A stretch of 63,789 nt of DNA, filler included, from Octopus bimaculoides (GCF_001194135.2; 7 parts of 7 records of this genome joined end to end with filler, not necessarily neighbours in it); one strand, 5' to 3'; shown: positions 51,291-62,940, counted from the first letter of the whole stretch. Translations and numbers: made by a program. The notes: generated by a model not told the origin, from the sequence alone.

Positions 51291-52650
51291 GAGCTCCGAG
51301 TCACTCAGTCGACACACCGCAGCTACTCCTTGCTCTAGATCCTCTGGCACCTGCAACCAGGCTTTCTTTACTCTAGTCAGGACGTCCACTCTATTCCTCT
51401 CTGAGGGCACAAAAACCACACTCAGCATCAGGTCAAACTTGGCAGCTAGCTCACCCAGAATCCCCAGACGGCGTTTTATCAGCATCTCTGCACCCCCTTT
51501 GGTTTGCACCCTCTGCTCACCTGTGATCACTGATCCCACCCACCTAAGTACAGTGGCCGAATCAGTCCAGATCTTGATGGTATACAGCCCCCACCTCAGG
51601 GCCAGGTTCAGCCCTTTCAGTATGGCATCCAGCTCCACCACATTGATGTGGTTACAGTCATCCTTCTTTCTAAGCCAGGCCGCATCCTCCACCATGACAC
51701 CTCCAATTTCCAGGACAACTCCCGTTACTATGCTGCTGGCATCACACCACACGATCCCCTTCTTTAATTTGGGCACATACCAGTTTCCTCTTGCTGGGTC
51801 CTCTACAGTCATTCTCTCCAAGACTCCTTGCATCATGGCAGTTGTCTTCTCACTCATGTTGTCACTCCACCTCACTCCTTCAGCTCACCTCTTGATGAAG
51901 CTGCATGCTGTCCGAAGCCATCCTGCAATTGTGTAGTGTCCCAGCAGCTTCCTACACACAAAACAGTTCCCGCCATCTTGTCTTTGAGCCCAGTTCTTGG
52001 ATTTCATTCCCCCTCCAAAACACCAACACACCAGCCTTGTCTTTCCATAGCTTGAGTCCCAGTGTAGCTCCTCTTTCCATTGCCTCCGGTGGTTTGGCAG
52101 TTAGCCCAAAACTCTTCAGGTGGCTTATGACCTCCTTTGCCAACACTATGTTCTCATCCACCAGGATGTCATCAATATAGGAATTGGTGGCTCTTTTCAC
52201 TTTGTCAGCCTTTCCCAGGATGGTCCTGTGAATTGTCACCATAATCTTCGGTACTGAATTCAGCCCGAATCCCAGCCTGGTCAGACATTACATCCATCTC
52301 TTATACCTTACCAGCTGATATTTCCACAGTCTCTCAGCCACATGCAGCTGCAAGTATGCCAACTTCAAGTTGATGATTCTGGAACCCCTGTCATCTGCCT
52401 CCACTCTCTCAAGGTTTCACTACAAATGTCTGTAGCTTCACTGCCTGTATGGCACAATACGTGGTCATTCAGCTCCCGGAAATCCAATACTGGCCTGACT
52501 TTATGTTTCGTTGGCTGCACCACTGCCATCAGTGGTAGCACTCCAGTCTTCACTTCCTCCTTCAAAGGGATTAGAATGCCCTCCTTGATCCACCGGTCCA
52601 CCTCTCCCTCAAACTTGCTTCTGGGAGCAGCCTACTGCATTTTTCAATGT
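51291..52650 (-). pseudogene. Gypsy reverse transcriptase and RNase H region
   Basis: VLPLMAVVQPTKHKVRPVLDFRELN (ORF 52365-52601); YIDD at 52168-52179; RNase H WCDASS...HINVVELDAILKGLNLAL...TDSATV...SERNRVDVLTR (ORF 51165-51875). Confidence 0.9.
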
Positions 52651-52849
52651 CGGAGAATCTCCCTTCCGGTGCCATTCCACTGTCCACTGCCAGCCATTGA
52701 ACATAGCTCGAAAATCTTTGTCTGTGATGGTATGTGCAGCATATTTTTCTTCGCAGCTCTCACCACTCTCCTGTCGTGAACTCACAGCACATAGCGCCCC
52801 TGCATCACTGAACACTACACTGGCTTCATTGACCATAACACCTCCCAAG

Positions 52850-53880
52850 TGTCCATCCCTATCACAACATTGATCCCGTCCACTACACGATCAATTACAA
52901 TAGCCCGCAACCTCAATCTTGTTCCTCATACCACCATTTCTACATCACTACTTCCTTTGCACTCAATTACCATACCGTCAACAACCCTTACACTACTCAC
53001 TCCACTCCATTCTTCTACCACTTCTGGAGTCATTAGGGTTGTTGAGCAGCTCGTGTCCACGAGGGCTTGTGACACCTTTCCGTTCACCACGACTTCTACT
53101 ACTGGCAACGACTGTAAACGCGCCTCTATTCCTTTGATGGGACAACTACCGGTGCAGTAGTCTCGCTTGGACTGTTTCCCTGCACACATTCACTAGCAAT
53201 GTGGCTTATCTGTCTGTATTGATAGCAAATCACTCCAGGCCTGGGTTTCCTGCAGTCCCTCACCATGTGCGAACCCTGACACCAAAAACACTGCCCTTTG
53301 AAGGGTTACGCACGTTCCTTGTTCGACCCTTCTCTTTGTTCATCCTCTTCTTGGTGTTGCAGTCGCTGCCAAAGGTGTCATCCTGCAACACAAGACAATG
53401 GCTCTGGCCCGAGAGATTACCTCTCCCATTGCCATAGAGTGAATATTCAGCAGCATTTGCAGCTCAACCGATACGTAGTCAGGAAATCCTGTTGCAAAGG
53501 CTAATTTTACGGTTTATTCTAATGCGCCATCTCTGTACCCAACGAGTCTAGCCAATCTCCTGATTTCGTTGGCAAACACATCGACCTGTTCGCCCATCCA
53601 CTTTGTTTACCCTAGTTGACTATATGCCATAAATGGCCCTTCTGTGATAGCCTCCATCAGCCGGCCTTCTATTTTTTCTGCATTCAACTTGTCCTTCTCT
53701 TCCATTTCCAGATATAGCGCCAATGCTGATCCATCAAGGTACAGCGGCTATAAAACCTGCTAGATCATCTATACCTTGGAGTCTTGCCACCAACTTAATT
53801 TTTTGCAGCCAAGCGGTCACATCTCCCTCGCCACAAAATGGCCTAACCGTCTCATTTGAAACACGGACCATACCCATCAT
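52850..53880 (-). pseudogene. Gypsy gag and aspartic protease region
   Basis: gag from ATG 53880: RPFCGEGDVTAWLQKIKLVARLQGIDD...PLYLDGSALALYLEMEE...EQVDVFANEIRRLARLVG; degenerate zinc knuckle CYQYRQISHIASEC (53186-53227); protease VVEVVVNGKVSQALVDTSCSTTLM (D at 53055-53057, DTG changed to DTS). Confidence 0.88.
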
Positions 53881-53910
53881 TTTTTTTTTCTCGTTTGAGC
53901 CAAAATAGCT

Positions 53911-54206
53911 TGTGATGTAAAGGAAGAAGAAAAAAAGACAGAAGTGAATAGAGAATTATGGTAGTCTTACTTGTCGGTCCGGAGAAAGGGTCACTTTCAA
54001 CATCCATGTGCCGTCACGATCTCCAAGGTTCACTCCGTGTCCACGTGCACTATCCAATGCTCTACCTTTTCACATGTCTGCTCTGATGTGCTGTTCGCCG
54101 CCGACTGACCCTCAGGCTTCACTGAATGCCACATGTTCACTGTGGCACTTTTGGCGGGATCCACAGGACATGCCTACTCCCTCACTTCTGATCCTTCCCT
54201 ACAACA
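53911..54206 (-). repeat. 5' LTR of the gypsy element (about 295 bp)
   Basis: Ends TG(TG)ATGTA...TACAACA (imperfect inverted termini); the distal part matches 50118-50257. Confidence 0.85.
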
Positions 54207-54983
54207 CAGCCTGGCTCATAACACCACATGATGATTGCAAAGATCAAGGTTAAGGTTCCATTTGGGTACAAATAAAAACAATTTTTTAGTAACTTTGTTT
54301 AGATGTTTGTTGAAAATTGTACATTACTAGAACATTATCCATTATAGGAAGGCGGTGCAAGTTGAGCCAGTTTTTAAACTAGGCATGTTAGGATTAAAAT
54401 TACTGATGATCTTGCAGAAATGAGTATCTTAGTTTCAAATTTAATCCTTAAGAAATATTTGTAGCTATTTCTAACTTTCTCTCCCCACACTGAAAGTCAC
54501 TGTGACCTTTGAAAAAAATGAATGTCAACTGGTTCTCTTGGATCAACTTGCTCGGAATGTGGGGTAAGTTGATCCAACCTCTTGGGTAAGTTGTATGACA
54601 TAAGGATAAGTTGATCAGTGTCTCGAATAAAGATAACTGAGATGCAAAGCCATTGTTCTGCCTGAAAAATATAATGTTATAACAACAATGTTGAATGAAA
54701 TGATTATTTTGTGCTTACGATTATAGCAGTCTGTTAAAAACAAATCGAGGCATAAAAAACGTCAAAAATGCCAACAGTGATAAGAAAAAGTTATCCCAAT
54801 TCAGTTGCCACAATTTCAAGTCACAATTAGATGAAAAGTGTCTCAAATGCACCCAGAAATGCCAACAGTCAGATTGTGACAACTGAGACACAATATCTTG
54901 CTTAACTCTGCCGGCTTCATCATTTTGATATGGAAATAGATGTCAGAAATCAAATCAATTAAGCTGCCACACTGACAACTTAC

Positions 54984-55254
54984 AGTTGAACACAAGCTGG
55001 CCAGAACAGCTGACAAACATGCCAACACTCTTAGGCTATGGCAGCTTATGCACAATGTTTTCCAGTTCAAAGCCTGCTTCATCTTTTGGATTTGGGACAA
55101 ACACTGGGTTGTCAGCTCTACCTTTTCCAGCAACCTTTTGCAGGAAGACACCTTCAAGCTAAAATTCTTCTCCATTGAGTATATCAACCCAAGCCCTGTA
55201 ATGCACAAATCATGATTTGCCAGCACATTTGACAACCACAAATGATATCCAGCA
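54984..55254 (-). CDS. Candidate 271-nt internal exon of an unidentified gene
   Basis: atatacAG acceptor (55256-55255) and ACT|GTAAGT donor (54983-54978) inside a stop-free non-repetitive frame (ORF 54843-55337): AGYHLWLSNVLANHDLCITGLGLIYSMEKNF...WKTLCISCHSLRVLACLSAVLASLCST. No family recognised; could be chance. Confidence 0.25.
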
Positions 55255-57544
55255 CTGTATATGTTATATGTGTGTGAGTGAGTGAGTGAAAGAGAGATAG
55301 AGAGAGAGAGTGTGTGTGTGTGTGTGTGTGTGTGCATGTGTGTGCGTATGTGTGTGCACTTGTGTAATTGTGCGTATTTGTACTCTTGTCAAGACATCAC
55401 TTGATGGTTGTATATGAGAAAAATTGTCATGCACGTGAGGTTGTTTGTTTCCAGTATTCTGTGAAAAACATGTCCAGCTGTGGGGAAATATTTTTTTCTA
55501 CTCAAGGCACAAGGCCCAAAATTTTTGGAGGAGTGGGCCAGTCAATTAGATTAATCACAATGTGCAACTGGTACGTAATTTATCGACCCCTGAAAGGATG
55601 AAAGGCAAAATTCACCTCGGCGGAATTTGAACTCAGAAATACCGCTAAGCATTTTGCCCGGCATGCTAACGTTTCTTATTTCTTTATTGCCCACAAGGGG
55701 CTAAACATAGAGGGGACAAACAAGGACAGACAAAGGGATTAAGTCGATTACATCGACCCCAATGCTTAACTGATACTTAATTTATCAACCCTGAAAGGAT
55801 GAAAGGCAAAGTCGACCTCAGAGGAATTTGAACTCAGAACGTAACGGCAGGCAAAATACTGCTAAGCATTTTGCTGGCATGCTAACGTTTCTGCCAGCTT
55901 TCCACCTTAGCTGTGGGGAAATATTAACCTTATTTGGACAGGATTGATGACAGGAAGGACATCCATCTGGCTGTAGAAAATCTGCCTCAACAAATTCCAT
56001 CTGACCCATGTAAGCATGGAAAACTGGACATTAAGTAATGGCGGTGATGATGATTGAGCTAAGGGAAATAACTGAAATGAGCTAATGGCATGGATGAAGA
56101 ATATGAATTTGAATAATGATGTAAAAAAAAAAATAAACAGGGCCAAATAAATAATAAACTAGAGAATTCATAAACTATTTGAATTCTTTGGTTTTTGGCA
56201 GAATTGTTAGCATGCTGGGCAAAATGCTTAACAGTATTTTGTCTGTCTTTTTATGTTCTGGGCTCAAATTCCACTAAGGTCAGCTTTGCCCTTCATCATT
56301 TCAGTGTCAATGAAATAATTACCAGTTATGTACTGGGATTGATATAATCAATTAGCCCCTCCCCAAAAATTCCAGGCCTTGTGTCTTTAATAGAAAGGAT
56401 TATTATTTTTATTTTCAATAACCCCTGTGATTATGTACAAATAAAATGTGAAAGATTATTAGTTAAATGCTGCAAGACAGCAAACCACTCGTGCTGGGCG
56501 GCAACAGCTTCAAGGTAAAGCCTTTTGTCATTCTGTATTGCTTTGCATAGAAAGATTATTAAATTACACTTATTTATTTATGTATATATTTCACACTTTG
56601 ACATTATTTCATAACTTTTGCTTTTATATTTAGTGTTAGCATCAGCAAAGAAGAAAACAGCTGAAAAATATATAAATCTTTTGCTGTTAAGTAACATCTT
56701 GTTTCTTCTTATAGGAATTACATTTTGAGAATTAGTCATGGGGATATTGAGCTGGCAGAATTGTTACTGCTCCAGACAAAATGCTTAGTGGCATTTCTTC
56801 CACCTTTATGTTTGGAGTTCAAATTCTGCCAAGGCTAACTTTGTCTTTCATCCTTTCAGGGTAGATAAAATAACGTACTTGTAAAGTACTGGGGTTGATG
56901 TAATCAACTATCTCCCTCCCCCAAAACTTCAGGCCCTGTGCCTATAGTAGAAAGGATTTCTTATGCTATAGTTTTTTTTTCTATATTTTTTTTCCTTAAT
57001 TAAAGAATCTTGAAGAATAAGATGTCTTCACTACCAGTAGTGACTTGTTTAGGCAAGGGCATGGCTGTATGATAAGAAACTTGCTTCCTAATCATATGGT
57101 TTTGGGTTTGCCCTCATTGTATGGCACCGTGGACAGGTGTCTTCTACTTTAACCCTGGGCCAACCAAAGCCTTGTGTGTGTATTTGATAGACAGAAACTA
57201 AAAGTAGCTAATCATATATATTGTTATGCCTCATGCAACCTTCTGATACCACTAACAGGCTCCAATAGTCTGTATCTGATAGCTCAGAAGACCGTAGGTG
57301 AACTCAGCAAATTAACTTGTTTAGAGCGGAAGAAGCAGTAGTCAAAGAAGTCAGGAGAGTTGAAAATAACAAACAAAACTGTTGAGTTTAACCAAAATAA
57401 AAGAACTTTAATTAAGAGGCAAATAAACATTTATGGAATAAATAGACAGTTTTTTAGAGAGTTTTTAGAGAGTTCTTTCATTTATCTCAAATGTGGAGAC
57501 TTCTTTTGGTGAGCTCTTCTTTTGTTTACCAGTCTAATGATTTC

Positions 57545-57845
57545 ATCATCATCATCATCAGTTGGACAGTTTGACTGGAGACTGGCAAGCCAGGTGGCTG
57601 CACCAGGCTCCAATCTGATCTAGCAGTGTTTCTACAGCTGGATGCCCTTCCTAACGCCAACCACTCCAAGAGTGTAGTGGGTGCTTTTACGTGCCATTGG
57701 CATGGGAGCCAGTCAGGCGGCACTGGCATTGGCCATGTTTGGATGGTGCTTTTATGTGCTACTGGCACAGGAGCCAGTCGGGGTGGGGAGATTGGCATTG
57801 ACCATGTTTGGATGGTGCTTTTTACGTGCCATTGGCACAGGGAGC
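57545..57845 (+). mobile_element. Interspersed repeat family D (CATCATCATC...CTACAGCTGGATGCCCTTCCTAACGCCAACCACTC...), probable antisense SINE/LINE 3' end
   Basis: The same block occurs at 62432-62940(+); a related piece lies at about 55908-56050(-). Confidence 0.8.
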
Positions 57846-58364
57846 CATATATATATATTTTTTCTATCTTATTTTTTTTCCAACTGGATTCTGTTGTTAA
57901 TTCTGAATTCATGGTACCATTCTGCATTCTTTATGTTGCCAAGTTCACACTATTTTCGCAGCAAGTTCAAGACCATCTACTATTCACATTAACCGCTGAC
58001 ACCAACTTCACACTCGACATCAAATATTGTGTCAACAGTTCCATACAAATTGTCCAGCATTATTTCACGTCCATTCCTCACATCAACTGCATGGCACCAA
58101 CTACTACATAAAACCACTTACATCAGCTTCCATCATATCAGATGTCAATGTCACACAGTGTCTTCCAGCAGACACCATTTCTGCCTGTTCACGTCAGCTT
58201 CCAGCATGAACTACCTCGCCACAGGCAACAGTAGTCTTTATACTTTGCCCACACTGTAAAAGCACCCCAAATTCATACCACCTACACTTTAAACAGTCAG
58301 GTGGCCACAAAGAATTATTTTTTTTCACCTTCGAGTGCAAAACCAGAAAGTGGTGTTCTAATTC

Positions 58365-58416
<52 letters not shown>

Positions 58417-58516
58417 NNNNNNNNNNNNNNNNNNNNNNNNNNNNNNNNNNNNNNNNNNNNTTAATTAATTAANNNNNNNNNNNNNNNNNNNNNNNNNNNN
58501 NNNNNNNNNNNNNNNN
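58417..58516. other. Artificial 100-bp scaffold spacer
   Basis: 44N-TTAATTAATTAA(58461-58472)-44N. Confidence 0.95.
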
Positions 58517-58592
58517 TCTAGTATTACCTCCCTGCTTCTATTTATTTCTGCTAAAGTGATAAATACCAATCACTAAATCAATCAATCAGTCA

Positions 58593-58666
<74 letters not shown>

Positions 58667-58866
58667 GTATATATATATGCATGTATGTATATGCATGTAT
58701 ATATGTATGTATGTATATATGTGTGTGTGTGTGTAAAAGGTGGAATTTATTCTTCACATCTTTCGCTCGACAAGAATTTATACACACACACTTGCACACA
58801 TATGTATGTGTGAGTGTGTGTGTATAAACTCATGTGCGCTTTTGTGTGAGTGTGCGTGTATGGTGT

Positions 58867-58907
<41 letters not shown>

Positions 58908-60577
58908 CTCCTATCGAGCGAATTTTTCCTATTTGTTTCAGATCTCAGAATAAGTGTTTACATAAGCATATTGTTTAATATCATTAACATAATATCCGTA
59001 GTTACAAAAGTAGCGCCGTCAGCAAAGATCAGTTCACAAAGAGTCTCCGTCTATGTTTTATGTGAACTTTGAATTATTTGTGATTGATTAGATCTCCATA
59101 CTAATGGTACTCTATGTTTGCTTCAAACTTGAGCAGATACGAAGAAAAAAACTGAGTAAATATTACTGACAACATTACAAGACTTTTCTTTGTGCTATTG
59201 ATTACTGGTAAACAGGGGAACGTTTTTGTATGTAGTTCGTAAATATGTAAGTACACTTATGTAAATATGTATTAACAAGCTGAAATCATCATTATTGATG
59301 GAACGAAAACATGATTTTTAACACTAGGTCCTGGATACTACATATACTCTGAATCAGCTGATGGTCTTCGAATGGTAGATGCTTATGATGCCATCGATTA
59401 CAGTTTAGAAGTCTCTATTTTCCTCACGTTCCTCTCCCTCAACTGCTTCGCTGCAAATGTATCAGTTGTGTTTGCTCCAGCGTGGAATACATATTGTGAC
59501 TCAGTAAAAATAGTTAAATAATGTTGCAGATAATTCTGTTTCGTATGTTTTGCATAAGCCTTTCACCTATATCTGACATGTGATAAGCCATGGTCGTTAA
59601 GGCCGTGTCATATTGTTTCTTTGTTTTTGAGTAGGTGAATCGCTATTGTTTCCGTGAAGTTTTAAGATACAATGTCTAATTCCTAACGAGATTAGAATAG
59701 CTACTGTGGTACATCCAGAAGATAATGCCTAGTTTCTAAAGAGATAATACCTTGTTCCTAACGAGATTAGAACAGCTAGTGTAGTACACCCAGAAAATAG
59801 CAGCTAAATTGCATGCATAAACTTCATGATACATGTCTGGTTACTATTCATTGCATATTTGTAGTTAGTATTCCACAATAGAGGGAGAGTTAAGCAGAGA
59901 ATTAAAATGTTTTGTATAATAATGCAATATGAGAATAGTTTTCCACCAAATGACTAATCAAAGAAAAAATTGGTTGCATTCATGTCATTTCTGTGTTCGT
60001 GAGGATCTTTCAAGCCGCCATACAATTGTTTACAGCCCTGCATCTGTTCGGATGTATTTGAATTGGAGAAACTTTGCATGGATCTCAGTTTCTTCTAGAA
60101 GTTCACGTCTGGTTGTCAGATAGTTCAGGTTTTTAATTTGTTCGTAATTAGACGGTTTGGTGATTATAAAATATGACATTTGCGTTTCCTCGAAGGTTTC
60201 CATTTAGTGTTAAGTTTCGATTTTGTTCCACATCAAAAGAAAATTATAATTATCATTTGATAAGACCAAGGACATCGTTAGAAGATTGATGGGGGTTAGT
60301 TCCGAGAGGTGTAGGCGTAGTTGTACTTTAAGAAGTTTGATTCCCAACTACACGGTTTCGGGTTCAGTCCCACTGCACGGCACCTTGAGCGAGTGTCATC
60401 CGCTATAGTCCAGGGTCCAACAAAGTCCTGTGAATGTATATGGTACGAAGGGCTAGAGGAGCATAACTTGAATAAAGTAAAGGGAAAAGCGATAACTTGA
60501 ATAAGGCAAAGAAAAGAAATACATAAATAAGCATGAATTTAAGACAAAACAGAAACATGGAAGGAAAGAAATATATA

Positions 60578-61241
60578 TTCAAATAAGTTATCATTATCTA
60601 TAAAAATAATCATAAAGTGGCCAGCAAACATTATTCAAATAAGCAAAATGTATAATGATAATAAAGAGTCAGGGTAGGATAAGTACCTATTTGCTTGGAA
60701 GAGGAGTTCAAATCCTCCAAAACCGCGCATCCTTCACTTATGTAAACATACACGAAGAATATAGCAATTATATTTCTCCGAAACAGTCCTCCCACTTGTA
60801 AGATACATAGAGTAAAATACAAATAAGATCATAGCCATTCTGGTATCAATTGATTTCGCTTTCTGTGTTGAAGCAACACTTAAAGCACGTCAGCCAGACT
60901 TAACATAAACTATTTCAAAAAACATATTTACCTCTCCGTGAGCGTTGTTTAACAGAAAGCCCCCTCGACTTTCAAACGAACGTTAGTGAGGAAGTATGAA
61001 TTAAAAAATTCAAATAAGTTATCATTATCTATAAAAATAATGATAAAGTGGCCAGCAAACATTACTCAAATAAGCTAAATTTAAAATAATAAAAATCAGG
61101 GTACAATAAGTACTTCTTTGCTTGAAAGAGTTTACACTATATGTAAACACGTACGGAGAAATGTAAACACGTACGGGGAATATAGCAAATATATTTCTCA
61201 GAAAATGTCCTCCCACTTGTAAGATACACATAGTAAAATAC

Positions 61242-61246
<5 letters not shown>
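60578..61246. repeat. Local direct duplication of an about 240-bp unit (about 60578-60827 and 61009-61246)
   Basis: Both copies start TTCAAATAAGTTATCATTATCTATAAAAATAAT.ATAAAGTGGCCAGCAAACATTA and end GTCCTCCCACTTGTAAGATACA.A.AGTAAAATACAAATAA. Confidence 0.9.
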
Positions 61247-61289
<43 letters not shown>

Positions 61290-61337
61290 CACACACACAC
61301 ACATACACACACACACACATACACACACACGCACATA

Positions 61338-62233
61338 CATGGTCTGATCAATAAATATCAGGAATGTTGTCATAGTGACGAAGCTAAAGGACGCAGAGTG
61401 AAGCCGCTTGACATAGATTTACCTTAAACACTGCCGTGCATGTGCACTAAGTTTTACCATTCTAGCTCACTTCCGCTGTTTACAGCAGTACTTGGAAGGA
61501 AGGTCTGTAGCGTGTGATCGTGGTACTGACCATGACAGGGAAAGTTGAGCAGAGAACCTGCATCAGATTTCGTTAAAAGCTTGGTGATACTCGCTCAGAA
61601 TTCTGCGCAAAGTTTTCAAAACAGTTTTCATCGTTCTCGACATAATCAAGGACATCTTGTACAACTGAAACCCGACTGCCTTCTTGGCCAGCTGAAAGCA
61701 GTTTTTGCACAAACTTGGCAGACACGCGTCTCATACCCAAATCTTCAGTGATAATGGACTGAACTGAACCGTAACTAATCTGCACATGCTCTGATAACTC
61801 ACGGATGGTGATTTGACGATTTCCCCTCACAGCTGCAAGCACATCTTCAATTTTTTTTCTCAGTTCTGCTGGTTGCAGGTCTCCAAGAACGTTCGTCAAT
61901 ATCGACATTTTTCGACAATTTTAGAAACGTCTGAACCACTCATACACTTGTGTGCGACTCATACACTCCTCTCCGTATACTTTCTGCAACATTGCGTAGG
62001 TCTCTGAGCAGGTATCACCACGACAACTTTCCCTGCCATGGTCAATGTGACGATCATATGTTACACACCTTCCTTATAAGGACTGCTGTAAACAGCGGAA
62101 GTGAGCTAGAGCGTTAAAACCTAATGCGCATGCAGATCAGAGTTCAAGGTCAATCTGTGCCAAGCAGCTTCACTTTGCGTGCTTTAAATTCGTTACTAGG
62201 GCAACAGTCCGGATACATATTGATCAGACCTAG
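61338..62233 (-). mobile_element. Non-autonomous mariner-like element with TA target duplication, made of two inverted 5' ends
   Basis: TA|CATGGTCTGATCAATAAATATCAGGA ... TCCGGATACATATTGATCAGACCTAG|TA. Inverted homology continues for about 230-260 bp. The minus strand encodes an N-terminal mariner transposase HTH region (SETYAMLQKVYGEECMSRTQVYEWFRRF*...IEDVLAAVRGNRQITIRELSEHVQISYGSVQSIITEDLGMRRVSAKFVQKLL). No catalytic domain is present. Confidence 0.93.
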
Positions 62234-62246
62234 TATATGTGTGTGT

Positions 62247-62294
<48 letters not shown>

Positions 62295-62394
62295 NNNNNN
62301 NNNNNNNNNNNNNNNNNNNNNNNNNNNNNNNNNNNNNNTTAATTAATTAANNNNNNNNNNNNNNNNNNNNNNNNNNNNNNNNNNNNNNNNNNNN
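62295..62394. other. Artificial 100-bp scaffold spacer
   Basis: 44N-TTAATTAATTAA(62339-62350)-44N. Confidence 0.95.
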
Positions 62395-62431
62395 TCTTGA
62401 CCATGTCAAATGTGGGAACTTTCCCTGCTGC

Positions 62432-62940
62432 ATCATCATCGTTTAACGTCCGCTTTCCATGCTAGCATGGGTTGGACGATTTGACTGAGGACTGGTGGAA
62501 CCCGAAGGCTACACCGGGCTCCAATCTGATTTGGCAGAGTTTCTACAGCTGGATGCCCTTCCTAACGCCAACCACTCAGAGATTGTAGTAGGTGCTTTTA
62601 CGTGTCACCCACACGAAGGCCAGTCAAGCGGTACTGGCAATGGCCATGCTCAAAATGGTGTATTTTATGTACCACCTGCACAGTCCAGCGGCACTGGCAA
62701 TGATCTCGCTCGAAAATCCTATGAAGGCCAGTCAGGCGGTACTGGCAACGGCCACGCTCAAAATGGTGTATTTTATGTGCCACCCGCACAAGAGCCAGTC
62801 TAGGGGCACTGGCAACGATCTCGCTCGAAAGTCCTTACACATGCCACGGGCACAAGTGCCAGGAAGGCGACGCTGGGCACAGGTGCCATCCCGATTTCGC
62901 TTTCACTTGCCTCAATAAGTCTTCGCAAGCTGAGTTTCGT
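62432..62940 (+). mobile_element. Family D repeat with an internal 108-bp tandem duplication (62615-62722 / 62723-about 62838)
   Basis: GAAGGCCAGTCA.GCGGTACTGGCAA.GGCCA.GCTCAAAATGGTGTATTTTATGT occurs twice; it explains the repetitive ORF 62495-62803. Confidence 0.85.

Larger units (their letters stand above)
50118..54206 (-). mobile_element. Near-complete degenerate Ty3/gypsy LTR retrotransposon (LTR-gag-PR-RT-RNaseH-IN-PPT-LTR)
   Basis: Direct repeats at both ends; domain order gag, protease, RT, RNase H, integrase (gypsy order) on the minus strand; many stops and frameshifts; no target-site duplication recognisable. Confidence 0.95.

Noticed and set aside
57240-57252. TGGTATCAGAAG on the minus strand resembling a tRNA primer-binding site
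   Set aside because: There is no LTR ending in CA before it and no gag/pol after it.
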